NCBI GenBank assembly: GCA_965250285.1
Contig: OZ252299.1
Coordinates: 3,904,001 to 3,968,000 of the forward strand
Length of the DNA stretch: 64,000 nucleotides
Source of the DNA: Myxococcota bacterium
GTDB lineage: Bacteria > Myxococcota_A > UBA9160 > UBA4427
Direction of reading: 5' to 3'
Part shown: positions 29,746 through 37,446 of the stretch, piece after piece
Position numbering within the stretch: position 1 is the first letter of the stretch
How the letters are laid out: each line of letters begins with the position of its first letter
Program-made: the position numbers and the translations under genes
Notes under the pieces: generated by a model
What the model was told of the DNA's origin: nothing
The model's input: only the letters and a program-made list of their open reading frames with translations
The model's database searches: none

Positions 29746-31248
29746 TCAGGGGTCGAAGGGGCGGATCCAAGGCTTCGCGCGGTCTTCGAAGTTGTTGTAG
29801 ACGGGCCCGCGCACGCTGTTGAAGAACTCTGGAGAGAATGGACCGCTTCCGCTGCGGGCGGAGTGACCGATGATCGCGATCGGCACGGCCGAGGCGATGA
29901 ACCCGATGCCGACCGCGAGGGCCACGAGCTCGGCGAACGCCGCCCTTGGCAGCACGCGCGCGAGCGCGATGCCCGCCGTGAAGCCCCCCCACATGGCGGT
30001 CAACGAGAAGAGATCCCAGTCGTAGGGCCCGTACACGGGGCGGATCATCAGGGCATAGATCCCGAGCGGGACCAGCCCCGCGAGCAGAAACCGCATGTCG
30101 CGATCGCCGACGAAGACGTGCCGCTCGAACGCGACCAGGCAGCCGAGCAGCCAGGGCGCAACGGGCGCCATGATGAAGAAGGCGTTGGCGAGATAGAAGA
30201 CGTGCTCGGGTGAGAGCAGTGTGTATCGCGTGCCGGGGCCCTCGGCCTGGAAGACGCGAATCCACACGTCGCCTCCAGTCGCCTCGTCGGCGGTCCCCCA
30301 GCGCACGAACTTGTCGACGGCGGGCTGGAGATCGGCCGCGTGGCCGGCGAGCACGAGCACGACGAGAAACACGATCGTCGGCGCCAACGCGACGACGGCG
30401 CCCCGCGTGAGCCGCGACACGACCTCATTCGTTGCGGGCATGCGGCGCGCATCGACGTCGCGGCCGAAGAGCACGAAGAGCAGGCTCGGACCGAGGAACA
30501 AGAACTGCAGGTGGACCCAGACGCCGACCCCGTACGCGAAGCAGACGACGGCCGGACCGACCCGACCCTGCGAGTGCGCGACCGACGCATAGAGATAGAC
30601 GCCGGTCGCCGCGAGCACGTAGGGATAGACCTCGATGTGCCCGAAGAACACGCGCACCAGCCCGGTGCCGACCGCCAGCGCGACGATCCAGCCTGCCTGG
30701 CGGACGTCTCCCACGAGGCCGCGGGCCGCGGCGTAGAGACCGAAGACGGTGATCGGGGCGCAGACGCTCGCCAGCAGGTGGACGAGTCGCTTGCCGCCGA
30801 TCCCGGTCCACTCGCCGAAGCGGAACCCACCCTGCAGAAAGAACGTCGCGCCGATGTCGGGAAAGAAGAACAGCGCCGGGTCGACATTCATCGCCCAGAG
30901 CAGAATGCGCGAGTCGCCGAAGATCAGATCGGTGCTGAGCGCGAAACACAGCGCCGTCAGCGCGACAGCGGCTGATCCGGCAGCGACACGCCCATGCCGA
31001 GCCCCAAGGACGAATGGGGCCTCGATGATCGGGATCAAGGCGCGGCGCACGGCCGGGACCGACCAGGCGATGAGCGCGACCGCGAACGAGACCCCCACGA
31101 ACGGCGGCAGATAGCGCCAGAGCGCCGCGCCCCAGACCGCGCTCGCCGCCGGCCACACGTCGAGCTCGAGCACGAAGACGAGCGGGAGCCCGACCGCGAG
31201 CCCGATCGTGGCGACGTGTGCGAGTCGAGCCGAGCGATCGGTGGCCAT
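29746..31248 (-). CDS. Polytopic membrane protein, GT-C-like glycosyltransferase candidate
   Basis: Many hydrophobic helices with acidic loop motifs (FGDS, GHIEVY, YDWDLF). Lies next to the GT2 and sugar-nucleotide genes. Confidence 0.55.
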   Translation of the reverse strand: MATDRSARLAHVATIGLAVGLPLVFVLELDVWPAASAVWGAALWRYLPPFVGVSFAVALIAWSVPAVRRALIPIIEAPFVLGARHGRVAAGSAAVALTALCFALSTDLIFGDSRILLWAMNVDPALFFFPDIGATFFLQGGFRFGEWTGIGGKRLVHLLASVCAPITVFGLYAAARGLVGDVRQAGWIVALAVGTGLVRVFFGHIEVYPYVLAATGVYLYASVAHSQGRVGPAVVCFAYGVGVWVHLQFLFLGPSLLFVLFGRDVDARRMPATNEVVSRLTRGAVVALAPTIVFLVVLVLAGHAADLQPAVDKFVRWGTADEATGGDVWIRVFQAEGPGTRYTLLSPEHVFYLANAFFIMAPVAPWLLGCLVAFERHVFVGDRDMRFLLAGLVPLGIYALMIRPVYGPYDWDLFSLTAMWGGFTAGIALARVLPRAAFAELVALAVGIGFIASAVPIAIIGHSARSGSGPFSPEFFNSVRGPVYNNFEDRAKPWIRPFDP

Positions 31249-31260
31249 CGCCGGCGCAGC

Positions 31261-32313
31261 TTAGGGGATGGCGCCGTCGCGGGCCGGCGGCCGTGGCGAC
31301 GCGTCGTCGAGCGCGTCGGCGATGGCCTCTGCGGCGACGGCGTGCCCCCGGCTCGTCGGGTGGTAGAGATCGAAGAAGAGAGGCGCGTCGCTCTCGACGG
31401 CCGCCTGTTCGAAAGCGGGCAGCAGATCGATGAAACCGGCCCCGACCTCGGCCGCCACTTCGGCCAGCTGTCCTTGTAGATCGACCCCCTGCCCCGACTC
31501 GAGCTGAGCTGGATGCGGAAAGCCCACGATCACTACTCGGGCGCCCTCGAGGCCAGCGGTCTCGACCATCTCGGCGTAGCGATCCCGCAGCCATTCGCGG
31601 TGGGGGCCTGGCTTCAGATCGATGGCAGCCATCGAGCGCAGGATCTGCAGCGAATCGTCGGGGGCGATGATCGCGCGCAGCCGTCGGCAGATCTCCCACG
31701 GACCACATGGGTTCGCCCGGGCGACGCGCTCGCCGCCCGGGAACGCCGCATCGGGCAGCTCGCCGAGGGCGCCGCGCGTCGCCGCGTCGAAGTGCAGCGT
31801 GGGATCGTTGAGATCGTTGATGCAGAACTGCACGAGAACGACGTCGGGCGCGTAGCGCATGCCCCTTCCTTCGAGCCACGCGGCCTCGTTGAAGGGCCCA
31901 TACCCGCTCACGCCGAGATTGACGACCTCGGTGTCACCGTCTTCAGAGAGCCGCGCCTCGAGGCGGCGCGCGAAGGTCTCGGCCTCGGCGACGCCATAGC
32001 CGAACGCGAGCGAGTCACCGATGACCACGATGCGCTCTGACCCAGGAACGCGCGCGAGGTCGACCTCCGGACCGCGATGGCCCGCTGCGTTGATCTCGTA
32101 GGTCGTATCACCCGAGACGGTGAGCGTGGTGGTGGCCCCGGGGCGGGGCCCGTAGAGCCACGGGGCACCCGGCTCGACGCGATGGAGGGCGCGCAGCCCC
32201 GGGTCCCCCGACGGTCCGTCGCCCGGCAAGTTCCGCAGAACGCACTCTCCGAGCCCCAGGACGAGAACGAACGTGCAGATCATCAGCAGCCAGCGAAGCA
32301 GGGTCGATTTCAC
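31261..32313 (-). CDS. SGNH/GDSL hydrolase-family membrane-anchored protein
   Basis: N-terminal TM helix followed by GDSLAFGYG, NLGVSGY, NDL and DLYHP motifs. Confidence 0.88.
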   Translation of the reverse strand: MKSTLLRWLLMICTFVLVLGLGECVLRNLPGDGPSGDPGLRALHRVEPGAPWLYGPRPGATTTLTVSGDTTYEINAAGHRGPEVDLARVPGSERIVVIGDSLAFGYGVAEAETFARRLEARLSEDGDTEVVNLGVSGYGPFNEAAWLEGRGMRYAPDVVLVQFCINDLNDPTLHFDAATRGALGELPDAAFPGGERVARANPCGPWEICRRLRAIIAPDDSLQILRSMAAIDLKPGPHREWLRDRYAEMVETAGLEGARVVIVGFPHPAQLESGQGVDLQGQLAEVAAEVGAGFIDLLPAFEQAAVESDAPLFFDLYHPTSRGHAVAAEAIADALDDASPRPPARDGAIP

Positions 32314-32420
32314 GGCCCGATGGTGCCCCACTCGTTGCAGCCGCGCTGGAGGCAGCGCGCAACATGCGCGCGAGCTGCCGCCCGGCACGTGCGTGCTGGA
32401 CACCCAGAAGCGCCGTCCCA

Positions 32421-32426
32421 TATAAT
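32421..32426 (+). promoter_or_regulatory. Consensus -10 box TATAAT upstream of the fused spermidine-synthase-like gene
   Basis: Perfect TATAAT in the divergent intergenic gap of a GC-rich sequence, 51 nt before ATG 32478. Confidence 0.5.
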
Positions 32427-32477
32427 CGCGGGCCCGCAGCGCGTGGATTCGAAGCGCGTGGAGACTCGCCCGCATCG

Positions 32478-34931
32478 ATGGCCCAGCTGCTGATCCTCTT
32501 CTTTCTCTTCTTCGCCTCGGGCGTCGCGGCGCTCACGTATGAAGTGGTCTGGATCCGTCTGCTCTCGCTGACGCTCTCGATCACGGTGTACTCGCTGTCG
32601 ACCGTGCTGTGCGCCTTCATGGCGGGCCTCGGGCTGGGTGCCCTCATCGGCTCGGTCGTGGCCGACCGCCTGCGCAAGCCCCTGATCACCTTCGGCGTGG
32701 CCGAGCTCGGCATCGCCTTCTGCGGTCTCGTCGTGCCGACGATCCTGTCGTCGCTGGGCCCGGCGTACGTGTGGATCCACGACTTCTTTGGCGGCGAAGG
32801 CGTCCTCTTTGGCGCTTCGCGTTTCGTGCTCGCATTCTCGGTCCTGCTCGTCCCGAGCACGCTCATGGGCATCACGCTGCCCCTGCTGTCGCGCGCCGTG
32901 ATCGACCACGACGAGGTCGTCGGCCAGCGCGCCGGCGCCCTCTACGCGTCGAACACCCTCGGCGCGGTGCTCGGCTGCATCGGCGCCGGCTTCGTGCTGA
33001 TCCCCGAGCTCGGGCTGCAGACCACCAGCCTCTTCGCCGCGATCCTGAACGTCGCCGTCGGCGTCGGAGCGTTGGCGCTGGCCGGCCGATTCACCGTCGA
33101 GCCCCGACCGGCGCCGGCCGACAGCGCCCCGCGTGCTCCGGTCGCACGCGGCGTGCAGATCGCCGCCCTCGCCTACGGCATCTCGGGCTTCACGGCGATG
33201 GGCTACGAGGTGCTCTGGACGCGCGCGCTCGAGCACTACACGCACAACTCGACCTACGCCTACACCGCGATGCTCGGCACCTTCCTCGCCGGTCTGGCCG
33301 TCGGCAGCGCCGCCGCCAGCCGACTCGCCGACCGCATCGAGCGGCCGATGCGCGCGATCGCGGTCGCCCAGCTGGGCGTGGCCGTCGCCGTCATCCTCTC
33401 GCTGCGCATCTACATGCACTTCGAGTCGATCGTGCCCGCCATCGCCGATCTGCTCGGCGGCCTGACGGGCTGGCGCCAGGTCGTGATGCTCATGTTCGGC
33501 GAGGCGTGGCTCTCGATGGGTCTGATGACGCTGCTCCTCGGCGCCATGTTCCCGCTGACCGTTCGGCTCGCCGTCGACTCGCTCGACTCGGTCGGCCAAC
33601 GGGTCGGCCTGGTCTACATCGCCAATACGACCGGCTCGATCATCGGCTCACTCACGGCGGGCTTCGTGCTGCTGCCGACGATCGGGATGCACGGTGCCTT
33701 CTCGCTGCTGATCTTCGTGAATCTGGCGACCGCCGCCTTGCTTGCGCTCGGCTCGAGCGAGCGGGGGCGCTCGGTGCCGGTCGCTGTCACGGCGGGCGTC
33801 TTCGCCGTCGTGGCGTTTGTGGCGCTGCCCTCCGACCTCTTCGAACAGCAGTACGTTGCCCGCTTCGGCGACCTCGTCTTCTACCGAGAAGAGGTGACCG
33901 ACACGGTCATGGTGACCGAGGACGAACAGGGCGAGCGGGTCATCCGCTACTCGGACGGGCGGGGGACGGCCGGCACCGGCACGTTCATCGGTGACCGCAT
34001 GTACGGACACATGCCGTTGCTGCTGCATCCCGAACCGCGCAACGTGCTGCAGATCTGTTTCGGCGTCGGCAACTCGCTCTCGTCGGTCTTGCAGCATCCG
34101 GTCGAGCACGTCGACGCGGTCGAGCTGTCGCCAGGGGTGCTGGCCGCGGCGCCCTACTTCACGAAGACCAATCGAGACTCGATGAACGACCCCCGCGTCT
34201 CGATGATCATCAACGACGGGCGCAACTTCCTGCTCACGAGCCGGGATCAATACGACGTGATCCGCCTCGATCCGCCCGAGCTCCACACGCGCGGCGTCGT
34301 CAACCTCTATACGAAGGAGTTCTACGAGCTCGCCCGCGATCGCCTCGCACCCGGCGGCATCTTCAGCATCTGGATCAACATCGTGATGACGCCCGAAGAA
34401 GAGATCAAGATGCTGCTCCGCACCATGCGCGAGGTCTTCCCCAACGTGTCGGTCTGGCACGATCCCGGGCTGTACTCGTGGATCATCAACGGCAGCATGG
34501 AGCCCCACGGCCCGGATCTCGCCCTGCTCGCCGAGAAGTACGACGACGAGCGCGTCCGCAGCGACCTCGAGTCGATCGACGTCGGCGACGAGTATCGCTT
34601 CCTGCAGCACTTCGTCTTCGCCGGTGATGAGCTCGACGCCTGGGCCGGCGAGGGGCCCCTCGTCGTCGACGATCACACGCGGCTCGACTTCTCGGTGCCG
34701 CGTTCGCAAGACGCCTTCTTCGGCATGGCGAACTTCAACACCGACTACTACCTGCTTCGTTTCATGCTCGAGGGCGGCAGCGACGACATCGGCAATGCGA
34801 GCCGCATCTTTCTCACCAAGGCCGCGAGCCTCGCCGCCGTGAAGGAGCCCGTCGTCCCCTACCTCGAGAACGCCGACGCAACCGGCCTCTCCGAGGCCGA
34901 GCTGACGACGCGCATCGGACCCGGCAGCTGA
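32478..34931 (+). CDS. Fused MFS-like membrane domain / spermidine synthase-like SAM-binding domain protein
   Basis: SG..AL.YEVVW.R repeated twice, LYASNTLGA, LQICFGVGNS, VELSP, DGRNFL and YDVI..DPP...LYT.EFY motifs. Confidence 0.9.
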   Translation: MAQLLILFFLFFASGVAALTYEVVWIRLLSLTLSITVYSLSTVLCAFMAGLGLGALIGSVVADRLRKPLITFGVAELGIAFCGLVVPTILSSLGPAYVWIHDFFGGEGVLFGASRFVLAFSVLLVPSTLMGITLPLLSRAVIDHDEVVGQRAGALYASNTLGAVLGCIGAGFVLIPELGLQTTSLFAAILNVAVGVGALALAGRFTVEPRPAPADSAPRAPVARGVQIAALAYGISGFTAMGYEVLWTRALEHYTHNSTYAYTAMLGTFLAGLAVGSAAASRLADRIERPMRAIAVAQLGVAVAVILSLRIYMHFESIVPAIADLLGGLTGWRQVVMLMFGEAWLSMGLMTLLLGAMFPLTVRLAVDSLDSVGQRVGLVYIANTTGSIIGSLTAGFVLLPTIGMHGAFSLLIFVNLATAALLALGSSERGRSVPVAVTAGVFAVVAFVALPSDLFEQQYVARFGDLVFYREEVTDTVMVTEDEQGERVIRYSDGRGTAGTGTFIGDRMYGHMPLLLHPEPRNVLQICFGVGNSLSSVLQHPVEHVDAVELSPGVLAAAPYFTKTNRDSMNDPRVSMIINDGRNFLLTSRDQYDVIRLDPPELHTRGVVNLYTKEFYELARDRLAPGGIFSIWINIVMTPEEEIKMLLRTMREVFPNVSVWHDPGLYSWIINGSMEPHGPDLALLAEKYDDERVRSDLESIDVGDEYRFLQHFVFAGDELDAWAGEGPLVVDDHTRLDFSVPRSQDAFFGMANFNTDYYLLRFMLEGGSDDIGNASRIFLTKAASLAAVKEPVVPYLENADATGLSEAELTTRIGPGS

Positions 34932-35014
34932 CGCACACCCGCATGGCGCGTGTCGGTGCGCGCGCCCCGTGACGCGTCTGCGCGAATCGGTGATCCTCCG
35001 CTCGAGGAGCGTCC

Positions 35015-35899
35015 GTGACGACCAGCCAGCGCAGCTTCATCAGCTACATCGACCGCACCCGCGACTTCTACGCCGCGCAGGGCTACACCCAGCCCTATCA
35101 GTGGGCCCACTACGACGAGGTGCCCTTCGCGGCCCTGCCCGGGCCGCTCACCGAATGCCGCGTCACCGTGATCACGACCGCCAGCCCGCTCGGCTCACCG
35201 ACCGATCCGGGCTCGCTCCGGGCCGGGAAGGACGTCTGGTCGGGCGCCACCGATCGATCCCCCGAGCGGCTCTTCACCGATCACCTCTCGTGGGACAAGG
35301 AGTCGACGCACACGGACGACGTCGAGTCGTTCCTGCCCCTCGAAGCGCTGAGAGCGCTCGAGAGCGCCGGCCGCATCGGGGCCCTCGCACCGCGATTTCA
35401 CGGCGTCCCCACTGACTACAGCCAGCGACGCAACATCGAGATCGACGCACCCGAGATCTTGCGGCGATGCCGAGAAGATCAGGTCGACGTCGCCTTGCTC
35501 GTCCCCCTCTGACCCGTCTGTCACCAGACCGTGAGTCTGGTCTCGAGGCACCTCGAAACGGCGGGGATCCCGACGGTGGTGATCGGCTCGGCCCGCGACA
35601 TCGTCGAAGAGTGCGGGGTGGCGCGCTTTCTCTTCAGCGACTTCCCGCTCGGCAACCCGTGCGGCGCGCCGTGGGATCGCGCCATGCAGCACGCGATCGC
35701 CGGCCAGGCCCTCGATCTGCTCGAATCGGCCACGCTGCCGCGCACGACGGTCCAGACACCGTTCAGATGGAGCGGCGATGCCCGCTGGAGAGAGCGGTAC
35801 GCGCGAGTCGACCCCGAAGAGGCCGCGCGCCTCGAGCGCGCTGGCGCAGCGCGTCGCGCCGCCCAGGCGCGCGCCAAGGCCGACGGCGGATCGGCCTGA
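35015..35899 (+). CDS. Selenoprotein of the glycine/betaine/proline reductase selenoprotein B family (PrdB-like), 294 aa, Sec at in-frame TGA 35510-35512
   Basis: ORFs 35015-35512 and 35531-35899 share a frame. Read-through gives VDVALLVPL-U-PVCHQTVSLVSRHLETAGIPTVV...FPLGNPCG, matching the PrdB UxxCH...E.AGIPT pattern. GAGGAG RBS before GTG 35015. Confidence 0.88.
35523..35541 (+). promoter_or_regulatory. Bacterial SECIS-like hairpin
   Basis: ACCAGAC-CGTGA-GTCTGGT, a perfect 7-bp stem starting after a 10-nt spacer following the UGA, with GU in the apical loop. Confidence 0.75.
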
Positions 35900-35911
35900 G
35901 ACGACGGCCGC

Positions 35912-36868
35912 TCAGGCCGGGACGCGATCGACGGCCGCCGCGAAGTGCGCACGCAGCCAGGCGTTCGCCTCTCGAGCGGGTGTCGTGTTTTCGTCGAGCA
36001 GATCGAAGCCGTGGTAGCAGCCCTCGAAGACCCGACACTCGACGGGCACGCCCGCAGCGCGCAGCGCTTCGACGTAGGCGAGCGTCTCGTCGAGGAAGGG
36101 GTCGAGATCGCCGACGAACGTCGCGGTCGGCGGCAGTCCCGCATAGTCGCTCTCGCGTGCGACTGCAGCGTACTTCGGCACTTCGTCGCCTGAGAGCCCC
36201 CCGAGATAGAGCCCCCACGCGACGCGGTTGTGCTTGACCGACCAGACCGGCGCGTCGTTGTCACGCATCGAGTCACTCGTCATGCGGTCGTCGATCATCG
36301 GGTAGAGCGGCAGCTGGTAGGCGATGCGCACATCGCCGCGATCGCGGGCCATCAAGGTCACCGAGGCCGTCAGACCGCCGCCGGCGCTCCCCCCGATCAC
36401 GATCAGCTGGTCTTCGCGAATGCCGAGCTCGGCGGCGTTCTTCTTCATCCACAGGAGCGTGCCGTAGCAGTCGTGCAGCGCGGCCGGGTACGGCACGTCG
36501 ACCGACTTGCGATAGTCGGGCGCCACGATCACACAGTCGCGCTCGTCGAGCAGCGTCTGAAAGCTCGAGCCGAACATCTCGGGGTTGCCCATCGCGAAGC
36601 CCCCGCCGTGCAGAAAGAGCACGCCGGGCAACGGACCGTCGCTCGACGGCGCTTTCGGCCGAAAGATGCGCACGCGCACCGACACCCCTTCGTCGAGCGA
36701 CTCGACCGTGCGCTCGTCGCCGTCGAGGCCGGGCACGTCTTCACCGTCGCTGCGGCGACCCATGCGGCGGGCCAAGCGAAAGAACCACGCGCTCGGTCTG
36801 AAGAGCAGCTTCGCGAACGTGCCTGCTCGGCGAAGCTCGGGGTGGATCATGTCGCGTGTCACTCGCAT
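35912..36868 (-). CDS. Alpha/beta hydrolase (HSL-family esterase)
   Basis: HGGGF, GGSAGG, D(PF)LDE and HGF catalytic motifs. Confidence 0.92.
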   Translation of the reverse strand: MRVTRDMIHPELRRAGTFAKLLFRPSAWFFRLARRMGRRSDGEDVPGLDGDERTVESLDEGVSVRVRIFRPKAPSSDGPLPGVLFLHGGGFAMGNPEMFGSSFQTLLDERDCVIVAPDYRKSVDVPYPAALHDCYGTLLWMKKNAAELGIREDQLIVIGGSAGGGLTASVTLMARDRGDVRIAYQLPLYPMIDDRMTSDSMRDNDAPVWSVKHNRVAWGLYLGGLSGDEVPKYAAVARESDYAGLPPTATFVGDLDPFLDETLAYVEALRAAGVPVECRVFEGCYHGFDLLDENTTPAREANAWLRAHFAAAVDRVPA

Positions 36869-36948
36869 GTCTTCCTCCAGGTCGACCTACCGATGATGCC
36901 AGCCCCGCCTGCAGGCGCCAGGCTCGGCTCCGGCCGCGAGCGCCGCGG

Positions 36949-37446
36949 TCAAGCGCCCGGCGCCGGGGCACTCCGAACGATGCGAAAGACCCGAATGTTG
37001 CGGTCCGTGCGGCGCTCGTACACGCGCATCTGCGGGATCGTCTCGCAGATCGCCGGCCAGAGACGCTCCTTCTCGGCGTCGCCGAGCACCCGGGCCGTGG
37101 CGCGGTAGCGCTCCCCCCGCACCTGGATCTCGACCTCGGGGTTCGCCTCGATGTTGTAGCGCCAGGCGGGATGCCGCTCCTGGCCCATCGCGCTCGCCAC
37201 GACGAGCGGATCGCCCTGCTCGACGTGATACGCGAGCTGCACGGTGCGGGGCCGGCCCGAGCTGCGACCGATCGCCGTCATGGCGAGCATGGGCAGCGTC
37301 GGCACGAGCGTCGACGTATAGCGACCGTTCGTCGCGCGGAAGATCCAGGGATCGACCTTCGAGCTCACGGTCTTCACGAGCCACGACCCGAAGGCCGTGG
37401 CCGAGAGCCCGTTGACGAATCGGGCGTAGCGGGAGGGGCGCGTCAT
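36949..37446 (-). CDS. Deazaflavin (F420)-dependent nitroreductase-family oxidoreductase (Ddn-like)
   Basis: GRSSGRPR...L, VASAMG...HPAWRYNIEANP and YERRTDRNIRVF motifs. The ATG overlaps the stop of the giant gene (ATGA). Confidence 0.9.
   Translation of the reverse strand: MTRPSRYARFVNGLSATAFGSWLVKTVSSKVDPWIFRATNGRYTSTLVPTLPMLAMTAIGRSSGRPRTVQLAYHVEQGDPLVVASAMGQERHPAWRYNIEANPEVEIQVRGERYRATARVLGDAEKERLWPAICETIPQMRVYERRTDRNIRVFRIVRSAPAPGA

Noticed and set aside
35510..35512. TGA read as a nonsense mutation (pseudogene) or as a true stop between two small genes
   Set aside because: It falls exactly at the UxxC redox position, the frame continues with family-like sequence and a SECIS-like hairpin follows. 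Sec recoding is the simpler explanation.
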